A DNA stretch of 63,876 nt, the filler included, from Collodictyon triciliatum (taxonomy: Eukaryota), in NCBI GenBank assembly GCA_043381765.1. It is 5 parts of 5 records of this genome, joined end to end, with 100 filler letters (N's around TTAATTAATTAA, not from the genome) between each part and the next. Parts side by side here need not be neighbours in the genome. Positions count along the whole stretch, not along the records: positions 1 to 23,485 come from JBHJMP010001118.1; positions 23,586 to 47,018 come from JBHJMP010001119.1; 3 more parts are not named here. The stretch is one strand, 5' to 3'. This document shows positions 12,611 to 24,759 of the stretch, in pieces (position 1 is the first letter of the stretch; every line of letters begins with the position of its first letter). The translations under genes and the position numbers were made by a program. The notes under the pieces were generated by a model that saw nothing but the letters and a program-made list of their open reading frames with translations, was not told the origin of the DNA and made no database searches.

Positions 12611-15600
12611 TTACATGATGCTATCCAACAGTTGAGTGGGCTGGGGCGGTGGGATTTTGTTCTTTGTCATGTAGCCGACAAACTAGTCACACCCAAGGCG
12701 CAGTAAGTAGACACATATAAGATTGTGCAGTTTGTGTGTTGAAAGGATATGTCCAGACAGTGCACACGTGCATATACTTGTCTCTATTACAAAATATATC
12801 GCACCTGGGTTGGAACCTCGGCCAAGGTATACTTCGCTAGGGCGTTGAGGTCGTTTGCAGGCAGCTTATTCAGCGGGACAAACTACACGTAAGTTGGTTA
12901 AGAAGAGTATTGTCAGAGTCAAAATGGACAAGGGTATATCCTTGTCCATCAACGCACGTTTACAACAGAGTCATCTAACTTAACTCTCTGAGGATGATGG
13001 GCTTTATCATATGATATTCGTCACCTGCACAATATCTCTATCAGCCAAACATCCTCGACGGTTTCTAAGCGGCTCAGTATCTCCATCCAATCTATCCATG
13101 TTATCGAAGGTTGCATTTCCGATCCTGTTGGTGATGTTGATTGAAATTCAGACACATTTTCTGTTAGTTCGCACACGTACTTATTCGGGCCAGCTGCGAT
13201 AATCAAAGTGTTGACGAATCCTTAGTTTAGTATAAAAAATAATAATACCCAACAATGATGATGGAAATAGGAAGCGTTGACGCATCCACAATCGCATCGA
13301 CAGTATCGTTCATGTCTGTATATCAAGTTGAATTTTTTCCAAACAAGATTAATATTATTTTCAACATATATATGAAAGGGGGAAGGAAAAAGAAATTTAA
13401 ATTTCATTTGGACTAAAACATAGAATAAGGCACAAACCACTAATTTCTCCATCAGTCAAAATCTGGAATTGAATACGTATTTTGAAATAATTTAACAACG
13501 AATGATTATTTTTTTAAAAAAAAAAACCTTTTCCATTTCATAAATCGCGAGTGAAAAAAAAAACTCTCAATAAAGTATGTGTATAAATGTAGGAATACCA
13601 GTAAAATAAAATATTTTCTCTGTTCTTGTGCGACAGATGTTCTGGCTAGTTGGACGGCGTAATTAATTGACTGCATTACATGATATTTTCAATTAATCTT
13701 CCGGTATTCAATTATATACTGATTCTATAAGAAGCTTTTATTCTCCTTATGCTAAATTAAATAATGAAAAATACGGGTGCAAAGTTAGTTGGGCCAAACA
13801 GCTTGCAATTCATAACGCAGTTAGTATAGAGACCCATTACGCCTGGAATCCCTTGTACCTCTGGCTGTGATGGAAAATAGCATGATTTTTTTTTATTAAA
13901 ATAACTGCCGCATGTGTATCTTGTGGATTCAAATTTACATATGAAGGATTTCCGTTCAATGGAAATAGGTGCGACACAGGTGCATTGGGTGGGAAACATC
14001 CACCAAAACCAAAAACCTACCCAATAAAGAATTTAATTATATTATTTTTATAACCGTGCTTTCATTTTCTCATTACGAATTAATTTTTGTAATCAATTTT
14101 AAGAGGGTGTATATTAGATATGTGTGAAACTATAATATCAGTGTCTAGTATGTTCTGTGTACATACGGGAAACATTTGGTCAGAGTCATATGGCGCAACG
14201 ACGCTTCCAATCGTGTGGATAGCGAACTAAATGTAGACATGAATGATAGATGGTATGAATTATGGACCTTGAAACAGAGAGCTGATGGTTAACAAATCAC
14301 ACGATAGATGAAGACTGAGCCCAAAAGAGTTTTTATCATTATAAACATTGGGAAAAGAAGCTATATATAAAACAGAAAATGAATGTGGGAACCTGATATC
14401 CGTTCATCCTTGATGGATTGAGATGGTGGAGGGAGTTGTGTAGTCTGGGGTCGAGATTGCTCCCAGTAAAATCGATACAAAACATCTTTTTTTTTTTTTT
14501 TGTGCATTGATTTTTGTAAAATTGATTGTCTTACACCATAATTTGAAATCAAAGCAACAAACACAAAGATAATAGTTTGAAATAGAATAATAAATCACTC
14601 ACCACACTAATTTCGTATCCCCCTGTGATGTAGTCCATAAATGAGTATTCCATAGATTGATCGAAATCAACGATAGCGAAGACTCCAGACCTTTTGGCAT
14701 TTGGCTTGTTACGCCTAGAATCTTTTGTGAGGGAAAAAGTTCCCTTCTTCATTATCTCAGAGGCCGGTACCTATTATGAACAATTGTAAATTACCATTAA
14801 AAAATCATTTAAAAAACCTTTTCCAGTCAATCGTCAAGAATATGAAGAATCCTTCTTTTTTTAAAAAAAAAAAAAAATAAAGAAAAAGAAAAACATATGT
14901 CAAATAGAGAAATAAAGATGAGAACATTGACAATATATTATTTTGGAAATTACTTCAAAAGAGCCGATTGAAGTAGATTGGGTGGAACTATATTGATCGA
15001 ATACCTCCACCTGAGAAGTTAAGATGTGTTGTGAACGAAAACAAAACAAATATATCAATAAATAATAGACAATAATGCTTTAATAATAGTAACAGTAATT
15101 TTAGTAATAAAATAGCATGGCGTTAATTTACAAAATATGCATCACTCAATAGGAAAACGCCAAAAAATGGAATCAAACCCGAACAACACGGGATGGGTTG
15201 CTATTACATAAAGTCTGAAGGCTTATCTGGAAAGTGGCCCAGTTACTGCAAAGTATGGAGTATTTTCAATTAAACTTCATGAAAAGGACAAATTCACAAG
15301 AAACAATCTCTTAAACTGAAGACGCCACTTTTACAGACTTTTCAAAAAAAAATAAAGGCAAACTACACACGGATTGTTTCCAGAAAGGACTCCTGATTTG
15401 TAAACAATTTGGAATTCCTCGTCTTCATTCTGGCGACTGATTGTAAAATATGGAGCTGTCGTTTTTTTTTTTTAAAAAAAATAATAATAATAATCTAATT
15501 GTTCATAAACGAAATGAAATAATATAATAACATGCGGATAAATATGAATACGATTATGAGAACATAAATAGCACCATTGCTCCCAAAAAATCTCATCTTG

Positions 15601-16894
15601 TCAAGACCTGATGCACTCATCCTGAAACTATGAAAGATTATTAGTGCTTTAGGGCAGTAATATTATTTTTAATCAGTGAATTTGCTATGATTCTTCAAGT
15701 GCAGCATAATTAATTATTTTTTTTAAAAAAAAAGGAGTATAAAAAAAGTTACACGCACATGAGTTTCATATTAGATTGTTTCACAACTTCGCCACGGATT
15801 TGAATAAGACCTTTTGTAGGCTCACCATGTTTTTTTCTATCATTTTTCAAAATATATTGATTAATTATTACTTTAACATTGAGGTATTTTGAAAATAATA
15901 TGGTTTAGAACGAACTTGATAGATTGTCGAATTCTTTGGCCTCTTGCCGAAAGAAGATCAGCGAGGCGAAAATGCTGTTACATCGTGAGATTACAAATAT
16001 GAGCCAGAGGGTAACGACGTATTATCGGGGAAAATATGAGACTATTTAAGCATATATCTATATACTAACGTGTTCCCCAATATAATCTTGTTGTTCGATA
16101 GGTTTCCTTTCGTCATCCATGTCGTAAACCATTGCGCGAAGAGGATTGTCCTTTGGTGACATTCCCAAAAAAATAAATAATCGTCACTAGATAGAATAGA
16201 GGGAGCGATTGAAAAACATAAATAACTCACAATTTCAAAGGCATAATTGACACGAATGCTCTTCACAAAATTCGGATTTGGATTGTCTCTGGAGTTTGAG
16301 TTTGTTAATATTGAAACACATTTATTGTGGCATAGAAGAGTCACATTCATATGATAGGAAAGGCGAACATATAAAGGAGCAGAAGGATGACTACAGATTA
16401 TGATTTCCTTAGGCAACAAAAAAAAAAAAAATGAAAAGGGAATCGTATTCGAAAGGTTTCAAAAGTATCAGTCACTTTATCCATTCAGTGCGCCCAAGCT
16501 CAGTCCAGACCCCAGCAGTAAAGCTGTGCAAAACAACTATTGGGTCGCTTGGCGACAACAGATCAAGCTGCGGTAGTTCCCTTTGTTTGGGTAAACTCAA
16601 CAAGGTAAGTTACCGGCGCATATGTGTCCTTTTATCATTCATATTTATACAGAGCACTAAAACACTTCGCGAAATAAAAGCTGTGTGCGATTATCATCCT
16701 TGAATAAAAGAAAAAAGAAAAAGGAAAAGGAAAAGGAAAAGGAAAAGGAAAAGGAAAAGGAAAAGAAAATGGAAAAGAAAAAGGAAAAAAAAGGATAGAA
16801 AAAGAAAAAGAAAAAGAAAAAGAAAAAAGGATAGAATAGACCTGCAAGCAAAGAATAGATCTACGAAGCCGTGTCCTTGAACTTGGTCCTGCAT
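12611..16894 (-). CDS. Copine (C2A-C2B-vWA calcium-dependent phospholipid-binding protein), multi-exon
   Basis: Spliced motifs: VDLFFACRELPQLDLLSPSDP, ELGRTEWI, DNPNPNFVK, YSFMDYITGGYEISV, LFGPTNFAP, GIGNATFDNMDRLDGD, RDIVQFVPL, LAEVPTQFVGYM. An extra 3' exon near 12444-12560 cannot be excluded. Confidence 0.93.
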
Positions 16895-17771
16895 GCTGTC
16901 CTGATTCTGTTTGAAGTCAATGGCCAATATGCGAGCAGGAGCAGCCGATCCGTGATCTTTCAAATCAAAAGGGATGGTGTTATGTCATCTGTCGCACACA
17001 CAAAGTCTATGAAAGAATTGTGTGTTCCAGAAAAGGGCTCACAATGGTTGCTGTGCTGGCAAAAATATTGCCGTCTCTCGGAATCGAACCGAGGTTATCA
17101 CGGCCACAACGTGAAGTACTAACCACTATACTAAGACGGCTTCTTGTCGTTAGAGGAGAGAACTCACATATATAATTACATGATGTTTGTTTTCTGAGGC
17201 AGCCAAACTTGCTTCAATCCCTCGCAGCGTGAGATGCCTTTCAGTATTTCCTTACATTGATGTGGGTTCGGAAATAAATATTTCTCAGGTTATTTACTAG
17301 ATTGGGATGAAGAGCCAAGTGATATGAATGTTGTGCTGTTCAATTGGCGAATAACGCAACCGTGACACATGTTGATTAATGGTGCTTCGCCATCTGGTTT
17401 TGAAAACATCCCTTTAAATGTTGTATATATTTATGTAAAATTTATTTAATTGTTCTGGGTTTTTTACATTGTGTTTTAGCGTTTGCTGAATGTGAGGGAC
17501 TTGAGGGCGAGTACTGCTTAATCCTCTAAAATACACGAGGGTTTGGTTTTTGACATCGATGACATAGTATCGTTATCTCAGGCAACTTCGATGTGACGTT
17601 GGCAAGGGCATTATCTGGTTTGCTACAAAGTTTCATTCACGCTGTAAAGATGTAAGCAAAATAGCCCCGCGTGCATTGGAGGTTCCATTCCGTATGAATA
17701 CATCTGAACTTGTTTTCCATCGTATAGAATAGCTATGACGCGCCTGAGCAGAAGTATAGTATTGCAGTCTC

Positions 17772-17810
17772 TTTTTTTATTTCTTCCTTTATTCGATTCA
17801 AAGCATAGGG
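17772..17810 (-). repeat. Copy of the retroposon 3'-terminal motif, no clear TSD
   Basis: TTCCTTTATTCGATTCAAAG (17784-17803), identical to the core at 26912-26949, preceded by a T run. Confidence 0.6.
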
Positions 17811-18321
17811 TTGCAGCCCAACACAGCTGCCACAACGCGTCCGGCTTTGAACCTCAGCGATTCTTTTTCTGTCAAGCCATTGCCAACAAAACCATGAAGC
17901 GTGGCGCCTGGAGAAGGGAGACAACTCTGGTTCAGAGCGGCATGATTACGCGATTGTGGTCAGTCGATGGTCGGCGAAATTGGAATATTTCCTTATATGG
18001 AAGTCATCTGACCCTAAGTGCGGTTGCAACGCGTTTTTAAAAATTTAGGCTTCACACATCCGTCCAGTATAAATTAAACGTCTGCTCCAAGCGTTTTTCG
18101 TAGGGGTGAACCATCAGTCGCACTCACATCTTGAAAAAAGGACAGTAAGAAAGAAGACTATAACGACGGGTAGTACTGAAACCAAGCGCCGAACCCCGCA
18201 CTTGCCATGGGCAGGCAAACAACGAGGCAGGCAAAGGCGACGTGCCAGACAGAATTCAGACAGCGACTGACAAGCTTTTTCCTTGACCGCCACGCCGCAG
18301 GAAGCAGAGAACCAGCCCACG

Positions 18322-19317
18322 ATGTCCATCAAAGTCGCACTGTGGGGCTTCGGCGGGATGAACAAGATTGTCCTGGGCTACGTGCAGGAGAAGGGCTACA
18401 AGGTGGTTGCGGTTGTGGGACACCACAACGTGGGGGAGGATGCCGGGGTTGTTGCCGGGGGCGCAGCCGTGGGCGTGAGCGTGACTCATCCGTCGGCCGC
18501 TGCGCAGGTGCTGCGCGAGACAAAGCCGGACGTGGCGATTCTGGCGACGCGGTCGTTCCTGAAGGACCTTGCGGGCCCGATGAAGACGCTTGCGGAGGCG
18601 CGCGTCAACGTCATCACGATTGGCGAGGAGGCGTTCTACTCGTGGAACACGGAGCCGGCACTGACGCAGGAGCTGGACAGCGCCTTCCGCTCCAACGCCG
18701 TCAGCCTCACAGGGACCGGCTACCAGGATGCCTACTGGCTGTACATGGCCTCGGTCCTGGTGGGCGTCTCGCTCAAGGTCGACAGGCTTGTCTGCTACAC
18801 ACAGTTCAACGTGGACGACTACGGCGTGGCCCTGTGCGAGGCGCACGGTGTCGGCCTCAGCCCCGCCGAGTTTGCCGCAAAGTTCACGCCAGAGAACTCG
18901 GTCCCCGCCTACGTGTGGAACTCCAACGAGGCCCTGGCCGTCCGCCTCGGCTACAAGATCCTCAAGACCTCCCAGGTCTACCAGCCGCTGGTTCTGCACA
19001 AGGACATTGTCTCCAAGTCTTACGGCGCCCTGCCCACCGGCAAGGTCGGTGGCCTCAAGGCCATAGTCACCACCCTTGCCGAGACGCCCAGCGGAGACAA
19101 GGTGGAAATCGAGACCCACCAGATCGGCCAGGTCTACTACGACGACCTCGAGGACTACTGCCAGTGGCAGACCCACGGCACGCCCTCCCTCGAGCTCAGC
19201 TGCAAGAAGCCCGACACCGTGGCCATCACCTGCGCCTCTGCCGTCAACCGCATCAAGTCCGTCATTGCTGCCAGACCCGGCTATGTCACCGTTGCCGAGC
19301 TGGGACCCCTGGCCTAA
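18322..19317 (+). CDS. NAD(P)H-dependent native amine dehydrogenase-like protein (2,4-diaminopentanoate dehydrogenase/DapB-like superfamily), intronless
   Basis: Rossmann motif VALWGFGGM; ITIGEEAFYSW, LTGTGYQDAYW, TQFNVDDYG, HGVGL, YVWNSNE, TCASAVNRI, PGYVT. Single GC3-rich ORF from ATG 18322. Confidence 0.88.
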   Translation: MSIKVALWGFGGMNKIVLGYVQEKGYKVVAVVGHHNVGEDAGVVAGGAAVGVSVTHPSAAAQVLRETKPDVAILATRSFLKDLAGPMKTLAEARVNVITIGEEAFYSWNTEPALTQELDSAFRSNAVSLTGTGYQDAYWLYMASVLVGVSLKVDRLVCYTQFNVDDYGVALCEAHGVGLSPAEFAAKFTPENSVPAYVWNSNEALAVRLGYKILKTSQVYQPLVLHKDIVSKSYGALPTGKVGGLKAIVTTLAETPSGDKVEIETHQIGQVYYDDLEDYCQWQTHGTPSLELSCKKPDTVAITCASAVNRIKSVIAARPGYVTVAELGPLA

Positions 19318-20651
19318 GCCTCCTTGCCATCGTGTGGTCTCGCATCTCCCGTCTCACACCCATACTCACCCGATAATAAATCACAACAACTAAATGCACC
19401 GCTGCGGTTGGATTCGCGCCCTTCGTATTTCTGTCTGTATTCTGGATATTCTCAAAGATTGCATGCAGTATTTGCCCTTGTGGGTGGCGGTATCGCCTGT
19501 GTGTCGAGTGTGCAACGCGCAAATGTGTTTATGTGCCATTGACTTCTTGCTTGTGGTTGATTACTGGAAGGGTGAAGGTGTCCATATGTTGCTGGTGCCT
19601 TATTGAATAATTAAAGTAATGTCGGTCGTGTGATTTTTCATATACGCATTCGTATAAAGTGCATGTCTTATACATACACAAATTGTTTTTGTTATTTTAT
19701 GTTGTTTCGGTCGGCTCTGTTCTTTTCCTTGTCTTCGTGGGTGGAGTAGAATGCCCAACAATATGTGCCCCATATGCAATCACAGCGAATAGTCCTGACT
19801 TGTTCGGCGCGGGGCTGGCTCTCGTAACGCACATATGTAAAAGAGTCGCAATATCATTAATATTTGCCTGATACCTTTGATTTAGCATGCGTATATACAT
19901 TCTCTCCACGGGTATGATAAAGTCTGTACTTATCAGACGCGCAACAAAGAGGCCATGTCTGGTTTTGTTTTTGGCTTTGTTTTTTCGATTTGTTTTATAT
20001 CATTTTATCTTTATTATTGTGGTGCACGGCGTAAAATCATAGCTTCTGTTTGCCAAAGAGAGTATTGAAGCTAAGCTGTTAATAGTCTTGGGGAATGGTG
20101 AGCGATGACACAGCGAAATGTGGTAGATAGAAAAGAAAAAAGATGGAATGACAACCAACGCTTGGTTCTAGAATGGGGACTTTCGACTTCGGAGGGGCAA
20201 TCACTTGCGCATAGATAAGGATTGATTGGGCTGTAGAATAGAAATGAGGTGTTGATGATAGGATTGAGGAAAGAGAGTGGCGATTAAAAAGAGTGAGTCT
20301 GTTTCTTGATATGTGTTGCTTCCCATGTGATTGACTCAGTCAGAAAAAAATGCAGCATAAAATGTTCCAGCTGTGGTGTACGACTTTTCGTCCTAGAGTC
20401 GGATTTTGAGCCCTTGTTAGGTGACTGAAAGTCATTATAGTGCGCCATACCCTGCCTGTTTTTATCATTTGGTAAAATATTTTAAACAATATTTTGTTGT
20501 ACTTTTCTTTTTTCTTCTTCACTGATTTATTAATTATTTATGGTTTTAAGTCGCTCAAACGTGTATGAAAGTTTATCTTGCATATTTTCCCTAAAAATTG
20601 ATATGTTTGCATAAATCGTTTTGGGCAATGACTTTGTGAGCACTCACATAT

Positions 20652-23250
20652 TTAATTGTTCCCATCTTCAGGCAGGCCAAGGAAGCCTTCCTTGGGCAGT
20701 ACACTAGCACGACGAAAGCGGGAACTGAAGGGTGTGGTGTATTGATGTGTGAGTATGCGCATCATTCAATTGAAAACAAACGTTTATGTTCCCTTCTTTC
20801 TTCTCACTAAATTCGAATGAAATAGTTGGTCTATCAAGTACGTAATAATCAAATGCTTTACTTGTCCTGTTTTTTCCCGTGGTTATCCATGCGAAACAGC
20901 GACGAAGCGCGGCGTTGACGGGACTCGGAGTCTCTCGGAGGTGAGACCATGGCTGGTTCACGGACAGGCTCTTTAAGCCATGGGTGCTGCAATATGCCAG
21001 ATAAAGTAATTCTTCTCCTTTCATCAACCTGATTTTTTTAAGAGCAAAATAATTGACTTCCAATTATCTTTTTCTAATGTAATGAATAACTGAATAGTGA
21101 CGAACATTTTTTGAAAGGAAAAAAAAAAAGGGAAAAGTGGTACAAATGAATGAGTTATCATAAGATATTACAGTCAGCATTTTCTGAATCAAATCGTGGG
21201 CAGTCGCGCTTCCCTTCGTAGGGCGTGGGTAAGAAGCAGATGTAATCCTCGAGAATAGGACTTGTAAATTATCGTCATAAAAGGGGAAAGCCCCATGCAG
21301 CATCGCATACAAAATGACTCCCAGAGACCATATATCGACAGACGATGTGTAGGGCTATCCAAGTAGTAATTTTTTTTTAGTGCATAGCCAATTTTCATCG
21401 CATTCGTGGTGAATTATCACGATCTCTTATCGAATAGTCATAGTCATAGTCATAGCGGAAGACAACAAACCCTCATATTAATCATCTCGGGGGCTCTATA
21501 CACTGGAGTCCCACATACTGTGCGAGAGTCATCAATATTTCCATAGTAAGATAACCCAAAATCAGATATTTTGGCCTGTAACCGAGTTGAATGAAATATA
21601 TTTAATGCATCTTTATATTCCAGCAATTATATAAATACACCAATCCTTAAGTGCATAATAGAGCAGGAAAGCTTCTCTGAAAGACAAAGTAAGCTAACTA
21701 TTTTAAAAGTTGATATATTTGTTTTATAAAGAACGTAAATGTACATAAAAATAATAATCGTTTACTATTTTTTCTCCATTAGTCAGCAGAATATTTTCCA
21801 GTTTCAAGTCTCGATGGATAACACCCATCCTGTGAAAGTGTTGCACGCCTTCCACGATCTGTCGGAATATGGGACGGGCTATGTCCTCCTCCACAAATCC
21901 CCTTTCATCGGTGAAATCCAATAAGTCTCCGTCTTGTGCCAAATCCATCACAAGATAAATCATGTTGGAGACTTCAATGTGTTCGACGAGCTTGATGATA
22001 TTCTACATGTATCAATAATGTGAATAGCAAAAGAAAGGAAAGGAAAGGAAAGGAAAGGAAAGGAAAGGAAAGGAAAGGAAAGGAAAGGAAAGGAAAGGAA
22101 AGGAAAGGAAAGGAAAGGAAAGGAAAGGAAAGGAAACCTCATTTCGTCTCTTAAAAGTCATAAGGACACATAGTGATACTTAAAATGAGATGTTGTCGTT
22201 CAAGTAGTAATTTATGTAATATATTTTAATATGTCCATTTGTTGAGTTGATGTGCAACTACCTCATTATTTTTTAAAAGTTTCATCACATGAATCTCTCC
22301 ACGAACCCGTTTCTGAACAAGAATATATATGAATATTAGAACAAATCGGTGGTGCTTCTTTTTTTACCCATAGATTTTATCATTTTTTTTAATAAAGAAG
22401 AAAAGCTATGCCACCAAATGTAGAAGAGGGACAGAATACCAAATCATCATGCTGAATCCTGTTTTTATCGTAGGACTTCACTGCATATTCTACACCGGTA
22501 TCCACGTGGGTGGCTATTTTGACCTTCCCATACGCTCCTTCGCCAAGAGTTCGACCAAGAAGGTATCTACCCACATAAACATCATCATGCGAGGGGCTTT
22601 CTGGTGTTTTCCCCGGAAACACAACACCCAGTTTTTTAACCATGGTTCTCTCCTGGGTGGGCGTGCTAGACGGGGACATATTGGGAGACTGGTGCATATA
22701 CTGGGGAAATAGCAACGACGTTAGAAAATCTCAGTTCATCGTCCCGATGCCTTCTAACCACACATCAAAAAAATATTATCCATTGCATAAATGATGCACA
22801 CACCGGACTAGCGAGGGTGAAGGCTCGGGGGCTCGACGGATAGAGATTTGGGGCCGCCGGAGCATAAAGCGGCGCTTGGCGTGGCATATATGGACTCTGC
22901 TGCAGATTTGCCAGGGGGTTGCTGGCCACGCGCGGCCGTGCTTGGTGAGTCGGGAAGCCGTGCGGAGATGCGTAAGTGGGCGCTGATAATGGGGCTGGCT
23001 GTGCAGGGACATACCCGCGAGGCGAGGTAAGCGGGGCTGTTTGTGCTGTCGGGGCGTAGCGCGGGCTCAAGAGAGCCGGTGCGTGCTGGACAGAAACAAC
23101 AGGACTGGCCGAGCCGAGTGTGCGGGGTGATGCGCACAGAGTAACGGGGTTGAGCGAGTTTGTGGAGGCTGGCCGTTGAGCAAGGAGGCCATGGTTGCGG
23201 GGCGAGAGGAGGGCTGTGTGTGTTGGGGCTGCATAGGCGTAGTGATGCAT
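20652..23250 (-). CDS. CAMK-group (AMPK/MARK/CIPK-like) Ser/Thr kinase with a Pro/Ser-rich N-terminus, multi-exon
   Basis: LGEGAYGKVK, YAVK, HRDLKLENILL, KISDFG, CGTPVYRAPE, DIWSLGVILYAML, ILQHPW. The N-terminus has repeated SPR motifs; start uncertain because an artificial join lies just upstream. Confidence 0.92.
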
Positions 23251-23317
23251 GGCAGCGCCTGCTTGTTGGGTGGGAAGGCTGTTGAGTGGGAACCGCAAGT
23301 GCCGCACTAAAGGTTGG

Positions 23318-23452
23318 TTTATCTGTGTTTTTTTATGTGTTTTTTTATCTGTGTTTTTTTATCTGTGTTTTTTTATCTGTGTTTTTTTATCTGTGTTTTT
23401 TTATCTGTGTTTTTTTATCTGTGTTTTTTTATCTGTGTTTTTTTATCTGTGT
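23318..23452 (+). repeat. Tandem repeat, ~14-bp unit (TTTTTTTATCTGTG)n
   Basis: Directly visible. Confidence 0.95.
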
Positions 23453-23485
23453 TTTTTTTTTTTTTTTTTTTTTTTTTGTTTTTTT

Positions 23486-23585
23486 NNNNNNNNNNNNNNN
23501 NNNNNNNNNNNNNNNNNNNNNNNNNNNNNTTAATTAATTAANNNNNNNNNNNNNNNNNNNNNNNNNNNNNNNNNNNNNNNNNNNN
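23486..23585. other. Artificial contig-join spacer N44-TTAATTAATTAA-N44; also at 47019-47118, 55968-56067 and 61618-61717
   Basis: Identical 100-bp structure four times; the 12-mer has stops in all six frames. Confidence 0.95.
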
Positions 23586-23734
23586 AAAAAAAAAAAAAAA
23601 AAAAAAAAAGGCAAAAAGGCAAAGGAGTGAATCCAAACTTGAAAAAAAAAAAGGAAAATAGGAAGTAAGAAAGCGGAAACGTCCAGGCCCAGATTGGCTT
23701 GGATGCCACCTATTATCTTACCATCGTTCGGGTG

Positions 23735-24250
23735 CTACTTTGGGCTGACAGAGAAGTAGTCAGCAATCAGCAATTGCATCCTGCAGTTTGGCCTGTAGCC
23801 TGGGTCTTGTGCTTGCATGAGAGATACAAGGCGAGGTTTAATAACTTTCTCAGCCTCTTTCCACATGTCTCTTTTCACGGGGTCTGAGTAGTAGAGAACG
23901 TGCAGGTGGCGAAGGAAGCTGTTGAGGAAAGAGATTTGTATGATGTCATTCAGTCTATTATCAGGAATGAGTGGCTGGTTGTTAAGTCTTGCTTTGCGTG
24001 ATTATATGCGCGCTATCCACATAGTCCATAGCAAATGGCCTCGCGTCACTGCCCAGAATGTTTTCGCATCTGGACGCAGCTGTTGCAGAGGCCCGAATAT
24101 CGCCTGGATTGGGCCAACAGCCGCAGCTGTCTTGAGTGTCAGTCGAAGAATCTCACCGGCTGTTTCGTGCAGGTTTTGAGCGAAGGGACATTGCAAAAAA
24201 ATGTGTGCTCAATGAATTCATCACGGTTGCTGCAAAGTGTGCATTGTTGA
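23735..24250 (-). mobile_element. Decayed non-LTR retrotransposon ORF2 3' end (zf-RVT-like CCHC), copy 1
   Basis: CTLCSNRDEFIEHTF/(frameshift in T run)LQCPFAQ...IFGP...FWAVTRGHLLWTMWIARI*...SFLNS...YSDPVKRDMW...QLLIADYFSVSPK*. Intronless, with one frameshift and one internal stop. Confidence 0.8.
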
Positions 24251-24759
24251 TAGATTTAAACACTTTTTGCCTTACGTCACCTTCAGCCGCGGATTGTGTT
24301 GAAATTATTTTTTGGACAAATCTTTTTATTAGAGTGCTACATACTTTTGTTTTTTGTTTTTTGTTTAACTATTTATTATTTTCCCCTGGATTTTTGTTAT
24401 CTTCTCTGCACGATGACGAAAGTGACTTTTTGGCCAAAATGTAGTCTGTTAGGAAATCTGTCTTTAGTTTTCCTCTCTGTGTCTTTAAATCTTTGATTAT
24501 TTTTTTTTTGAAAAATATAATCATCGTGCATGCACCTTACCTTTGTCATGCGTGTTCGTTTAGCAAAGAAAAACATATAAAAGTGACCTGCACCCGAATC
24601 CAACACGCTTCACAGCTTTCAACTTAGGCGCAACAACTTCGCTGAACTGTAAAAAAATGCAAAAACTCTTTCCTTGAGCAGAATAAAGGAACAATCCCAT
24701 AAAAGTGCACACAACCAATGAAAGTATATTCCTTTTTATAAATGATTCAAATAGATTCC

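Noticed and set aside
18207-19393. Long overlapping ORFs (389 aa +, 306 aa -, 105-112 aa +) over the amine dehydrogenase
   Set aside because: These are shadow frames caused by high GC3 codon bias; no motifs, and Arg/Gly/Pro-rich composition.
23530-23541. Palindromic TTAATTAATTAA repeated four times in the window
   Set aside because: Always centred in a 100-bp N spacer; it is an artificial six-frame-stop linker, not biology.
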